Of a DNA stretch of 64,000 nucleotides, positions 19,750 through 29,817 are shown one piece after another (within the stretch, counting starts at the first letter, position 1; each line of letters opens with the position of its first letter). The notes below the pieces were generated by a model. It was given only the letters and a program-made list of their open reading frames with translations, was not told where the DNA came from and made no database searches. The translations under genes and the position numbers were made by a program. The stretch is from Bacteroidales bacterium (GTDB taxonomy: Bacteria > Bacteroidota > Bacteroidia > Bacteroidales > VadinHA17). The DNA lies in NCBI GenBank assembly GCA_038247205.1, contig JBBRVC010000001.1:1060-65059 (forward strand), written 5' to 3'.

Positions 19750-20429
19750 TTCTTTTCAATGACCTTTCTGACCCATTCCATCTGCTCGGTGACACTCATA
19801 CGTGAATTGTCCAGGATATTTGCATCATCTGCACGTCTTAACGGGCTTATATCCCTGTTTTCATCAGCAATGTCACGGGCTATAATATTTCTTTTAATTT
19901 CTTCAAAATCAACCCTCAAGCTTTTTGACATCAATTTATCTTACCTCCTCTTAGCCCTGATGTCAACTGAGGCTGTCATGAAAATTTTAACATCCGCATC
20001 AGGAAATACAACTGTTCCTATATCCCTTCCATCCATAACTATGCCTTTACGGGAACCAATCTCTCTCTGAAGTTCAACCATGCGCGCACGGACTTCATAA
20101 ATCTGGCTTATCCGGCTTACGAAAGAAGATACTTCAATACCCCTGATTTCATCTTCAACGTTTTCTTTGTTCAGAAAGGTCTCATATTCATTGATTTCAG
20201 GATTGTAAACGAAGTCGATTATTATATTCGGCAGATCAGAAATAATACTTTCCGGCTTTATGAATTCCCTGGTTATATAACCCTTCCGGAGGCAATAAAG
20301 AGTAACACTTCTGTACATAGCCCCGCTGTCTATATAAGTATAGTTCAACTCCTTAGCTATGGACCGTGCAAATGTGCTTTTACCGCATGAAGAATACCCG
20401 TCTATTGCAATTGTTAGTTTCTTAGTCAT
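19740..20429 (-). pseudogene. cmk: Cytidylate kinase interrupted by a single in-frame TAA (codon at 19943-19941)
   Basis: The N-terminal ORF carries the P-loop IAIDGYSSCGKST and ends ...DIRAKRR*. The same frame continues DKLMSKSLRVDFEEIKRNIIARD...SPLRRADDANILDNS, which is the Cmk C-terminus. Confidence 0.8.
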
Positions 20430-20436
20430 AAAATTT

Positions 20437-21459
20437 TTATCCTCTTGATCTTCTGTAAAAAAGATTTGGTTTCAATAAAAGCGATACATGATTGGAAGAC
20501 CCTGCAAGATGGTATGTTGCCCGTCCGAATTCTATGTCGAGCATTGTTGTTCGTATACCGAATCCCCATGAAAATCCAACTGTCGATAAATTTGATTCAA
20601 TCTGTAATTCCCTTCTTCTCTGATAATTGAAACCTGCACTGAAATAAATATTTTTATGAGGTATTAATTCGACTCCTGCTATTATATGTCTCATTACGTT
20701 TTCCATGAAATCGGATGATGAGTTTTCAATAGAAGTTGAATCGTACCGGTGAGTGAGGTCAAATTTCTCTAGATGTCTGAGTGTCAGAGAAAACCTTAAA
20801 GGAGCATGCGCAAGCCGTTGTGATATTCCAGCCTGTATCTCAAAAGGGAGGTTCTGACGTAATTCCCCGGCATATGTAGATACCTGGTAACCAATATTTT
20901 TAATAGTCAGTCCTGCAGAGAATAATTCAGACCTGTTGTGCCATGATGCGCCAAGATCAATGGCAAATCCAAATGATGTATAGTTCTCAAGATGAGAAAG
21001 AACCGGCTTAAAGTCTATTCCGACTGTGAAAAGGGAGTCAATTTCATGTGACCATATAAATAAAAACGCATATTCTGATGCTTTGAAGGTTCCTGTAATC
21101 ACTCCTGATGTATTACTTTCTGTAAATGATCCGTAATTGAGATAAGTAAGTCCTGCGGCAAAGTTTCCAGTGTTCCTGAATGATCTGGAATACATCACCT
21201 GTCCGTAATTGATGCCGGCAAAATAGTTGGAATAATTAAGCGCCAGATTTTTATCCATGCCTTTTGAAAGCAGGGCAGGATTATGATAAGATAAATTCAG
21301 ATTTTCACCTCTTAAAGAAACATTATTGCCCCCAAGTGAAGAAACAAGCCCGGAGTGAGTAAGATTGAGAAACTCATACACATTATTGCCACCGGTTTGA
21401 GAAAAAACCGGAAACATCAGATTTAGAAGAAAGATTACAGTTAAGAATTTTCGTGTCAT
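20437..21459 (-). CDS. porQ: Type IX secretion system PorQ-family outer membrane beta-barrel
   Basis: Start moved to MTRKFLTVIFLLNLMFPVFSQ. GGNNVYEFLNL...SLGGNNVS...NPALL N-terminal signature with alternating beta-strand pattern throughout. Confidence 0.7.
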   Translation of the reverse strand: MTRKFLTVIFLLNLMFPVFSQTGGNNVYEFLNLTHSGLVSSLGGNNVSLRGENLNLSYHNPALLSKGMDKNLALNYSNYFAGINYGQVMYSRSFRNTGNFAAGLTYLNYGSFTESNTSGVITGTFKASEYAFLFIWSHEIDSLFTVGIDFKPVLSHLENYTSFGFAIDLGASWHNRSELFSAGLTIKNIGYQVSTYAGELRQNLPFEIQAGISQRLAHAPLRFSLTLRHLEKFDLTHRYDSTSIENSSSDFMENVMRHIIAGVELIPHKNIYFSAGFNYQRRRELQIESNLSTVGFSWGFGIRTTMLDIEFGRATYHLAGSSNHVSLLLKPNLFYRRSRG

Positions 21460-21529
21460 AATTGCCAATCTGTGCAAATATAACATGAATTTATAGAACG
21501 ACCGGCAATGGAACACGGTTGATGTAAGG

Positions 21530-22453
21530 TCAGGCAGTTTTTCCTGTCAGAATAAGCGCTTCATCAATATCTTTCTTTCTTCCATTCATCTGTGACAGGA
21601 ATAACCCTGAAATAACGATCAACATGCCAATGATATTCTGTAAAGTAAGCTTTTCACCAAGAATAATAAATGAGAAGAGTGCTGTAAAAAGAGGGATGCA
21701 GTTTGAAAATACATTTGCTTTGGTGATGCCCATTTTTTTCACTGACCAGGCAAACAAAATAAATGCTCCGCATGAGGCAAATATTGCAAGTTCAATTATT
21801 GGGGTAAACATACTGAAAGTCAGTGGGATGGAACTAAAATGCCTGAATTCAAAAATAAAAAAAACCGGCAGGAAAAGAACAGCCCCGATGATATTCTGAA
21901 CATTTACAATATAAACAGGGCTATAGGATCCAACAAGGCGGCTGAGAGTAAGGTTATATCCAACTGCTGCAAAGACAGCAAACATAATCAGTCCTAAACC
22001 CTTTAGATTATATGAGATTGATCCGTTCCCGTTGGCAATAAATATCAGCACACCTATAAAAGAGAGAATGATCCCTGCATAGTTCATTATCTTGAGCCTT
22101 TCTTTAAATATCAGCCATGCCCCAATTGTGGCAACAACCGGAATTGTAGATATCAGTACTGAACAAACTGTTGCAGAAACATATGTTAATCCGAAGCTTT
22201 CGCCAAGAAAATACAAGAATGGTTCAAAAGTGGCAAGCATAAGAAATAACTTCCTGTCCTTCTTCTTTATTTTCATAAAGCTATTTGTGAAAAAAAGGTA
22301 TAGGGATAGAAGAATAACTGAAATAATGAGTCTGATAAATACAATGGTGATGGGCTTGAATGTTTCATTGGCCACTTTAAACCAGATAAAAGAAAATGAC
22401 CAGAAGATCATTGCCAGAACTACAGCACTATATATTTTTACCTTACTGTTCAA
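21530..22453 (-). CDS. DMT-superfamily (EamA-like) transporter
   Basis: 307 aa with about 10 TM helices in two EamA-like halves. Confidence 0.85.
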   Translation of the reverse strand: MNSKVKIYSAVVLAMIFWSFSFIWFKVANETFKPITIVFIRLIISVILLSLYLFFTNSFMKIKKKDRKLFLMLATFEPFLYFLGESFGLTYVSATVCSVLISTIPVVATIGAWLIFKERLKIMNYAGIILSFIGVLIFIANGNGSISYNLKGLGLIMFAVFAAVGYNLTLSRLVGSYSPVYIVNVQNIIGAVLFLPVFFIFEFRHFSSIPLTFSMFTPIIELAIFASCGAFILFAWSVKKMGITKANVFSNCIPLFTALFSFIILGEKLTLQNIIGMLIVISGLFLSQMNGRKKDIDEALILTGKTA

Positions 22454-22946
22454 TGAATTTATATTGAATGTTTCTGTTATACTTTCAGCGGTGCGAATTT
22501 ATATCTAAAATTATTAATTCTTTCATTGGCAGTAATAAATCAATTGTTGGATTTCATCTTCAATGATATCCCCGCTAGCGCTTCTGCTATTGACAACATT
22601 CATTTAAGTAGATGATTAACAATCACTTATAATCTATCACTACGTTCGGTATTTACAGGTTTTTTCCCCAGCTGGCGCCTATTCTTTATACACATTCTGC
22701 CCGCGGGGAGGTCATGTTAGCCGCGTCAGGGGAAAAGTATTCAGGGCATCGCCCTGGTTAAAACAAGCTTTATGGTAACACAGGTATTGAATCACAGATA
22801 ATGGTGCGGAATAAGGTTTCGACTCATTCTTATAAGCAAAAATATGCATACTAAAGCTCTGCTAAATAGTGTGTTATAATTGTTGATAATTTAGAATACC
22901 CTAAAAAGATGATATTTTCGTGGTTTGTTTGTGAACCATAAATTAT

Positions 22947-22954
22947 TATATTTG
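22947..22954 (+). promoter_or_regulatory. Bacteroidota-type -7 promoter element (TATATTTG) upstream of etfB
   Basis: Exact match to TAnnTTTG about 80 nt upstream of the etfB ATG. Confidence 0.45.
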
Positions 22955-23034
22955 CCGCCTCTGAAGTTTGACGCATCTTCTTTAGTTGATGTAAATTGCT
23001 TCATTTTAATACTTTAACTAATATCAGAAAATTA

Positions 23035-23784
23035 ATGAAGATACTGGTCTGTATAAGTAATGTCCCTGACACTACAACGAAAATAAAGTTTGCTGAAAGC
23101 AATACTTCAATAGACACCACCGGCATCCAGTGGGTTATTAATCCATGGGATGAGCTGTCTCTTACAAGGGCACTTGAATTGAAAGATGATGCCGCCAACG
23201 GGATTAAATCAGTTACTGTTGCACATGTAGGAACAGTAGCTGCAGAACCGACAATACGTAAGGCTCTTGCAATTGGTGCGGACGATGCAATCAGAATCAA
23301 TGCTGATTCACAGGATGCTTATTATGTAGCCGCCCAATTATCAGAAATGATTAAGAAGGAGCAATTTGATATCATAATGTGCGGTATAGAATCAAGCGAT
23401 TTTAACGGTTCAATGGTAGGAGGTATGATCTCAGAATTTCTTTCCATCCCGTCCGTATCGTCGGTGTCGGGATTGAAATTCGAAAACGGCCAGGCTCTTC
23501 TTACTCGCGAAACAGATGGTGGAAAAGAATTGGTAAGTGTACCGGTTCCTTTCGTAGCCATAGTGCAGAAAGGTATTGCAAAAGAACCCCGAATAGCTGC
23601 AATGCGTGGTATAATGATGGCCCGTTCAAAACCGGTCAAGGTAGTTGAACCTGCTCCTGTTGAGGCACTTACCGCTGTAATAGGTTTTGAAAAACCTGCC
23701 CCTCGTGCAGCATGCAAATTTGTTGATGCGGAGAATCCTGCACAGCTTATAGAGCTTCTTCAAAATGAAGCAAAAGTTATCTGA
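23035..23784 (+). CDS. etfB: Electron transfer flavoprotein beta subunit
   Basis: Start moved to MKILVCISNVPDTTTKIKF. Has the typical EtfB N-terminus and length. Confidence 0.92.
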   Translation: MKILVCISNVPDTTTKIKFAESNTSIDTTGIQWVINPWDELSLTRALELKDDAANGIKSVTVAHVGTVAAEPTIRKALAIGADDAIRINADSQDAYYVAAQLSEMIKKEQFDIIMCGIESSDFNGSMVGGMISEFLSIPSVSSVSGLKFENGQALLTRETDGGKELVSVPVPFVAIVQKGIAKEPRIAAMRGIMMARSKPVKVVEPAPVEALTAVIGFEKPAPRAACKFVDAENPAQLIELLQNEAKVI

Positions 23785-23802
23785 TAACCCTAAATAAAAA
23801 TT

Positions 23803-24771
23803 ATGTCAATATTAGTATATACCCAGAACTGGGATGGAAAATTCAAGAAATCTTCCTTTGAGCTTGTATCATATGCATCTAAGGTTGCCGGAATGGCAAA
23901 CACTTCAGTAATAGCTGTTTCGATAGGCAGTGTAGACGAGGCTGAACTCAAAAAACTTGGAACATATGGCGCGAACAAAGTTGTAAATATAGCAAACGAC
24001 CAGCTTAATATATTTGATAGTCAGGTCTATACTGCAGTTATTGCAGAGCTTGTTCATAAAGAGAATGCCACTGTTGTCATCCTTTCAAACAATAACTCAG
24101 GTAAAACCCTGGCCCCAAGGTTATCAGTGAAACTTAAAGCAGGTATTGCTTCAGGTGTAAATAAATTACCCGTGAGCATTTCTCCTTTTACTATATATAA
24201 AAGGGCTTATTCGGGAAATGCATATGCACATATCGAAATTAGATCTTCAATAAAAATACTGACTTTGTCACAGAACTCATTCGACCTGATTGAGACCGGA
24301 GGCACTGCTTCAATAGAAAATTATGCTGCACATGTTGATGGTTCACTTATGAAGACTCAGGTGAAAAATGTTCAGAAACTTACCGGCAAAGTTCTTCTTA
24401 CCGATGCCGACATTGTTGTATCGGGTGGCAGGGGAATGAAGTCTGCCGATAACTGGGCTCCGCTTGTTGAGCTGGCCGGACTTCTGGGCGGTGCAACAGC
24501 TTGCTCTCGTCCTGTGTCCGACGAAGGATGGAGACCTCACGAAGAACATACCGGACAAACAGGTAAAATTATTGCACCCAACCTATATATTGCCATTGGT
24601 ATCTCCGGAGCAACACAGCATCTGGCTGGAATCAGTTCCTCAAAATATATAGTTGCTATTAATTCCGATAAAGATGCACCCATCTTCGGCGCTGCACAGT
24701 ATGGTATTGTGGGGGATGCAGTTAAGATCCTGCCTCAGCTTGTAGCCGCAGTTAAAGACTTAAAAAAGTAG
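23803..24771 (+). CDS. etfA: Electron transfer flavoprotein alpha subunit
   Basis: C-terminal FAD-binding region VSGGRGM...[11 protein letters not shown]...[25 protein letters not shown]. Confidence 0.93.
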   Translation: MSILVYTQNWDGKFKKSSFELVSYASKVAGMANTSVIAVSIGSVDEAELKKLGTYGANKVVNIANDQLNIFDSQVYTAVIAELVHKENATVVILSNNNSGKTLAPRLSVKLKAGIASGVNKLPVSISPFTIYKRAYSGNAYAHIEIRSSIKILTLSQNSFDLIETGGTASIENYAAHVDGSLMKTQVKNVQKLTGKVLLTDADIVVSGGRGMKSADNWAPLVELAGLLGGATACSRPVSDEGWRPHEEHTGQTGKIIAPNLYIAIGISGATQHLAGISSSKYIVAINSDKDAPIFGAAQYGIVGDAVKILPQLVAAVKDLKK

Positions 24772-24858
24772 ATATTATTATGCCGGCTTGCGCAAAACCG
24801 TTGCGACTGGTATAAACATATATATTGGTGACATGAGGATAAATTGAAAGACTAGAAA

Positions 24859-26178
24859 ATGACCAGACAAATTGTATTTGCAGTTGTACTTTTAATAACT
24901 ATTGGAGCATTCTCTTTTACCCTTAAAAGAATTGTAAGCTTCTTCAGGTTTACAAGGCCGGCATTTCCGGTAAAAGATTTTGGAAAGAGGTTCGGAGTAA
25001 TGATGAGTGTTGCATTCGGACAGACAAAAATATTCCGCAAGCCGGTGCTCGGTTTTCTTCATGCGTTGGTTTTCTGGGGCTTCTGTGTCATACTTTTCGG
25101 TAGTATTGAAATGGTTATAGATGGTCTTACGGGCAGCGAACGAGTTCTTAAGGTTCTGGGTCCTGTTTATAATGTTTTAATGGCCTCCGGGGACATTTTT
25201 GCTCTGCTTGTAGCACTTTCAATAATTGTTTTCCTGTCACGCCGCTTGTTCTTCCAAATTAAAAGATTCGAAGGTATAGAGATGAAGAAGATCTCTCATA
25301 TTGATGCCAATATAGCCCTTACAACCATTCTTCTGCTTATGCTCTCGCTTCTGGGAATGAATACCGGATATGTTGAAATGAAAAGCCAGATGGGCGAAGC
25401 GGGTGCAGGTGTTTATCCGGTAAGCTCGATGCTTGCAGGTCTCTTCAGTAATTCTTCAGCCGGTTCGGTTCACATGCTTCATGAAATATCATGGTGGGCA
25501 CATATTCTGCTTATTTTTGCATTTGCAAACATGTTGCCTTACTCGAAGCACTTTCATGTATTCATGTCTGTCCCGAATGTTTTTCTTTCCAGACTTGAAC
25601 CACTGGGAAAACTTCCAAACATGGACAGTATCACACAGGAGGTAAGGCTTATGCTTGACCCCAATACAGCTTTTTCTCCGTCAGCTGCAGATGGTCCTCC
25701 CGAAAGGTTTGGAGTAAAGGATGCCGAAGATGCTTCGTGGAAAAATTATTTCGACGCTCTTGCATGCACCGAATGCGGACGCTGTACATCTGTGTGTCCC
25801 GCAAACTTGACCGGAAAGAAATTATCACCCCGGAAAATTATGATGGACCTTCGTGCAAGAATGAAGGAGAAAGGGCCGCTGATGGTAAAAAACGGCAGAG
25901 ATTTTAATGATAACCGCTCGCTGTTGCGCGACTATATTTCTGAAGAGGAACTATGGGCTTGCACTACCTGTAATGCCTGTGCAAAAGAATGCCCGATAAA
26001 TATAAACCACCCTACGCTGATACTCGATATGCGCAGGTATCTTGTTATGGAGGAAGCATCAGCACCCGGCGAACTGAAAGCTGTTTTCAATAACATAGAA
26101 AATAATGGTGCCCCCTGGCAGTATTCTGCCGAGGACCGCCTTAACTGGGCTAAAGGCCTGGAAATCAACATTAATTAA
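24859..26178 (+). CDS. Membrane-anchored 2x[4Fe-4S] protein (HdrC/NarI-like fusion; Fe-S oxidoreductase subunit)
   Basis: N-terminal half has about 5-6 TM helices. C-terminal CTECGRCTSVCP and CTTCNACAKECP cluster motifs. Confidence 0.8.
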   Translation: MTRQIVFAVVLLITIGAFSFTLKRIVSFFRFTRPAFPVKDFGKRFGVMMSVAFGQTKIFRKPVLGFLHALVFWGFCVILFGSIEMVIDGLTGSERVLKVLGPVYNVLMASGDIFALLVALSIIVFLSRRLFFQIKRFEGIEMKKISHIDANIALTTILLLMLSLLGMNTGYVEMKSQMGEAGAGVYPVSSMLAGLFSNSSAGSVHMLHEISWWAHILLIFAFANMLPYSKHFHVFMSVPNVFLSRLEPLGKLPNMDSITQEVRLMLDPNTAFSPSAADGPPERFGVKDAEDASWKNYFDALACTECGRCTSVCPANLTGKKLSPRKIMMDLRARMKEKGPLMVKNGRDFNDNRSLLRDYISEEELWACTTCNACAKECPININHPTLILDMRRYLVMEEASAPGELKAVFNNIENNGAPWQYSAEDRLNWAKGLEININ

Positions 26179-26188
26179 TTCTCTCAGT

Positions 26189-26983
26189 ATGCAGACCCGC
26201 AAAATAGAAGTACCTGTAATGGCTGACCTTCTTGCCAGAGGTGAAAAACCCGAATACTTATTCTGGGTTGGTTGTGCCGGTGCATTCGACGACAGGTATA
26301 AAAAAGTAATTAGGGCATTTGTAAAGATACTTACACACCTTGACATCAGCTATGCAGTCCTTGGCAAAGAGGAAACCTGTACGGGTGACCCTGCCCGCCG
26401 TGCCGGTAACGAAATGCTTTATCAGATGCAGGCGCTTCAGGTTATTGAGACGCTCAAAATGTATGAAGTAAAAAAAATCATCACAATATGCCCGCATTGT
26501 TTTAACATTTTCAAGAATGAATATCCCGACCTGGGCGGCAATTATGAGGTGATTAATTATCTTCAGTTTCTTAACCAGAACATTAAAAATGGAAAACTTA
26601 AGATTACTCAAAATTCACTGACCGGTGTAAGGGTTACATATCATGATCCCTGTTACCTCGGACGGGCCAACGATATCTATTCGGAGCCGCGTCAGTTGCT
26701 TAAAGGCCTGACAACCGATTTTGTAGAGATGCACAGGAACAAAAGTTTTGCTCTCTGTTGCGGTGCAGGAGGGGCACAGATGTTCAAAGAAGCTGAAAAA
26801 GGAGATAAGGAGATTTTTATTGAAAGAACTGAAGATGCTCTTAAAACTGATGCACAGGTAATTGCTACAGCATGTCCTTTTTGTATGACAATGATAACTG
26901 ATGGTCTAAAGTATAAAAACAAGGAGGAAGTGATAAAAAATCTCGACATTGCCGAGCTAATAGCTCAATCACTTGAATTATAA
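26189..26983 (+). CDS. CCG-domain (HdrD/GlpC-like, DUF224) Fe-S protein
   Basis: Start moved to MQTRKIEV, 10 nt after the preceding stop. Cys-rich CCG repeats (ITICPHCF, CCGAGG, ATACPFCM). Confidence 0.8.
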   Translation: MQTRKIEVPVMADLLARGEKPEYLFWVGCAGAFDDRYKKVIRAFVKILTHLDISYAVLGKEETCTGDPARRAGNEMLYQMQALQVIETLKMYEVKKIITICPHCFNIFKNEYPDLGGNYEVINYLQFLNQNIKNGKLKITQNSLTGVRVTYHDPCYLGRANDIYSEPRQLLKGLTTDFVEMHRNKSFALCCGAGGAQMFKEAEKGDKEIFIERTEDALKTDAQVIATACPFCMTMITDGLKYKNKEEVIKNLDIAELIAQSLEL

Positions 26984-27040
26984 TAAAACTGAATGCTGAT
27001 TAAAAAAAAATAGAATAATCCTTATACTAAACTGACAAAA

Positions 27041-28819
27041 ATGGAAAATGGTAAACTCTTGAAAAGCGGTGAATTTCTTGTAAGCGAAGTTGAATCAAAA
27101 GACGTTTTTATTCCTGAGGAATTCAACGAAGAGCAGAGAATGATTGCTCAGACATGCAAGGACTTCCTTGAAACTGAAGTATATCCAAATCTTGACCAGG
27201 TTGAGAAAAGTGACCGGGAACTGATGAAGAGCATGCTTAAGAAATCAGGAGAACTTGGCCTCATGGGAGTTTCCATTCCTGATGAGTTCGGAGGATTCGG
27301 GCAGTCATTTGTAACACAGATGCTTGTCGCTGAAACAACCGGCGCAGGTTACTCATATTCAGTTGCTTACATGGCACATTGCGGTATTGGAACCTTACCG
27401 ATTATGTACTATGGAAATAAGGACCAGCGAATGAAATATGTTACCAAACTAGCCACCGGTGAAATGATCGGAGCATATTGCCTCACTGAGCCGGGAGCTG
27501 GCAGTGATGCCAATTCAGGAAAAACAAATGCCAGACTTACCGAAGATGGTAAAAATTATATACTTAACGGTCAGAAAATGTGGATCACAAATGCCGGTTT
27601 TGCCGATACACTGGTGGTTTTTGCAAAAATTGATACTGACAGGGTGCTAAGTGCATTTATCGTTGAAAGTAATTACCCCGGAGTAGTAATTGGACCGGAT
27701 GAGCATAAAATGGGTATCAAGGGTTCTTCAACCGCGCAGATCTACTTCAATGATGTATTGGTTCCTGTTGAAAATCTGCTTGGCAAAAGAGGCGAAGGTT
27801 TCAGAGTAGCTCTTAGCATTTTGCATATGGGAAGGCTTAAGCTTGGGGCCAATGTTATTGGCGCAGCAAAAAAAGCTATAACCGATTCAGTAAAATATGC
27901 CAATGAACGCAAGCAGTTCGGTGTAAATATATCAACATTCGGTGCAATTAAACATAAGCTGGCTGAACAGGTAATTCGTCTTTTTGCTTCAGAATCAGCT
28001 GTTTACAGAGTAAGTAGCGATGTCGACACACTAATGAATAACCTGAAAATAGATTGTGGGGATGAAGGCAGAGCTTCAATTGAAGCTATCAGTCATTATG
28101 CAGTTGAAGCAGCAATACTTAAAGTTGTCGGATCAGAGATGCTCGATTTTATCTCTGATGAGGCAGTTCAGATTCATGGTGGTATGGGTTATTCTGCCGA
28201 AATGGCTGTTGAAAGAGGTTACCGTGACTCAAGGATTAACAGAATATTTGAAGGAACAAATGAAATAAACAGGCTACTGGTAGTTGATACTGCCATGAAA
28301 CGTGCTATGAAAGGTGATTTTAATCTTTTTGGTGAAGCCGAATCCCTTTTCAGTAAAATTGATGAGATCAATGATGATAAAAAAGATGGTGAATTATATT
28401 ACCAGGAAAAAAGAAGATATATCAAAAATTTCAAAAAGGCAATTCTTATCATTCTGCACGGTGCATCAAAGAAATTTGGAAAGGGCCTCGTGACAGAGCA
28501 GGAAGTTCTTAACAATATTGCTGAAATGATGATGGAAACATATCTTTCAGAATCATTGGCATTGAGAGTTGAAAAGATCGAATCGATTAATGGAAGTGCA
28601 GCCCTTTACAGGGATATCCTTGATGTAAATGTTTATGATACTGCCGATAAGGTTAGAAAATCAGCATTTGATGCACTTTATTCATTTATGTCAATCGATT
28701 CAGCTCAATCCTATACAAAAGCTATTGAAGAATTGACCAGAGTTGCAGGAGTGGATGTGAAAGAAGCAAGAAGAAGAATTGCTGAAAAACTTATTGAAGA
28801 TAACACATATAAGTTTTAA
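27041..28819 (+). CDS. Long-form acyl-CoA dehydrogenase
   Basis: 592 aa. CLTEPGAGSD, WITNAG and IHGGMGY...RDSRINRIFEGTNEI motifs plus a ~180-aa C-terminal extension. Confidence 0.92.
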   Translation: MENGKLLKSGEFLVSEVESKDVFIPEEFNEEQRMIAQTCKDFLETEVYPNLDQVEKSDRELMKSMLKKSGELGLMGVSIPDEFGGFGQSFVTQMLVAETTGAGYSYSVAYMAHCGIGTLPIMYYGNKDQRMKYVTKLATGEMIGAYCLTEPGAGSDANSGKTNARLTEDGKNYILNGQKMWITNAGFADTLVVFAKIDTDRVLSAFIVESNYPGVVIGPDEHKMGIKGSSTAQIYFNDVLVPVENLLGKRGEGFRVALSILHMGRLKLGANVIGAAKKAITDSVKYANERKQFGVNISTFGAIKHKLAEQVIRLFASESAVYRVSSDVDTLMNNLKIDCGDEGRASIEAISHYAVEAAILKVVGSEMLDFISDEAVQIHGGMGYSAEMAVERGYRDSRINRIFEGTNEINRLLVVDTAMKRAMKGDFNLFGEAESLFSKIDEINDDKKDGELYYQEKRRYIKNFKKAILIILHGASKKFGKGLVTEQEVLNNIAEMMMETYLSESLALRVEKIESINGSAALYRDILDVNVYDTADKVRKSAFDALYSFMSIDSAQSYTKAIEELTRVAGVDVKEARRRIAEKLIEDNTYKF

Positions 28820-28837
28820 TCAGTCATTGCTTTTGTT

Positions 28838-28845
28838 TAACTTTG
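28838..28845 (+). promoter_or_regulatory. -7 promoter element (TAACTTTG) upstream of the M48 peptidase gene
   Basis: Matches TAnnTTTG 12 nt before the ATG. Confidence 0.35.
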
Positions 28846-28856
28846 TATAAAAAGTT

Positions 28857-29660
28857 ATGAAAAAGCACAATATTGGTTTTGCGCTAGTTATAATTGCAAT
28901 AATATTCCAGTCGTGTTCGGTTGTTCCGTTTACAGGAAGGAAACAGCTTAACCTGTTACCGGAATCAGATATGATTTCAATGAGCCTCACAAGCTACTCT
29001 GAATTTATGAAAGAGAACGCTCTTTCTTCTAACAGATCGAATATATCAATGGTAAAGGAGGTGGGTTCCAATATTTCTCAGGCAGTAACAAAATATTTTA
29101 ATGAGAATGGTTTGCAAAGCCGGCTTGAAGGCTACCAGTGGGAATTTAATCTTGTGCAAAACGATTCCGTTCCGAATGCATGGTGCATGCCTGGTGGTAA
29201 AGTGGTGGTTTACAGTGGTCTGCTCCCTTACACCGTGGACGAAAACGGACTGGCAGTAGTTATCAGTCATGAGATTGCTCATGCTGTAGCCCGTCACGGA
29301 AACGAAAGGATGAGCCAGCAGATGCTGATACAGATGGGAGGGATGGCTTTAAATGAAGCTGTAAAAGAAAAACCCGAAGAAACAAAGGGCATTTTCAATA
29401 CAGTTTACGGTATTGGTGCACAGATGGGATTAGTACTGCCTTATTCACGCGACCATGAACTGGAAGCAGATAAGATGGGACTGATATTTATGGCAATGGC
29501 AGGTTATAATCCTCAGACCGCAATAGCGTTCTGGGAGAGAATGGCTAAATCAGGTGGAGGAAAACCACCCGAATTTCTTAGTACTCATCCATCAGATGGG
29601 AGAAGGATAGATAAAATCAAAGCAGCAATGCCTGAGGTCATGAAGTATTATAAGAAGTAA
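28857..29660 (+). CDS. M48-family metallopeptidase (lipoprotein)
   Basis: Lipobox IIFQSC, zinc motif HEIAHAVARH, and downstream ELEADKMG. Confidence 0.9.
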   Translation: MKKHNIGFALVIIAIIFQSCSVVPFTGRKQLNLLPESDMISMSLTSYSEFMKENALSSNRSNISMVKEVGSNISQAVTKYFNENGLQSRLEGYQWEFNLVQNDSVPNAWCMPGGKVVVYSGLLPYTVDENGLAVVISHEIAHAVARHGNERMSQQMLIQMGGMALNEAVKEKPEETKGIFNTVYGIGAQMGLVLPYSRDHELEADKMGLIFMAMAGYNPQTAIAFWERMAKSGGGKPPEFLSTHPSDGRRIDKIKAAMPEVMKYYKK

Positions 29661-29784
29661 TTTAATTCAGTGGACATTTATTTGCCGTTTTTTGAGTATA
29701 TTTATCAATTATGTTAATGATATAGATCAATTTTAGGTATGCTAAACAGCATTTAAATATAAACTTTAAGTCAGTTTAACCCAA

Positions 29785-29792
29785 TATATTTG
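29785..29792 (+). promoter_or_regulatory. -7 promoter element (TATATTTG) upstream of the cytochrome island
   Basis: Matches TAnnTTTG 26 nt before the ATG at 29818. Confidence 0.45.
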
Positions 29793-29817
29793 TGAAATAA
29801 TTAACAAAGAACAAAAG

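Noticed and set aside
19740-19934. 64-aa ORF as an independent small gene.
   Set aside because: It is in the same frame as, and contiguous with, the upstream Cmk N-terminal ORF, and it encodes the Cmk C-terminus.
19941-19943. TAA reassignment (alternative genetic code) as the explanation for the cmk stop.
   Set aside because: TAA ends many ORFs in this window exactly where homologs end, for example 1471-1473, 2648-2650, 26176-26178 and 39093-39095. A global recoding is therefore not supported.
24859-26983. The Fe-S oxidoreductase as a single gene broken by a frameshift.
   Set aside because: The second ORF has its own ATG 10 nt after the first stop. Both halves are complete domain sets (membrane plus 2x[4Fe-4S], and CCG). 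From memory, a two-gene arrangement is common for this family. The ORF-track extension back to 26105 is just upstream read-through.
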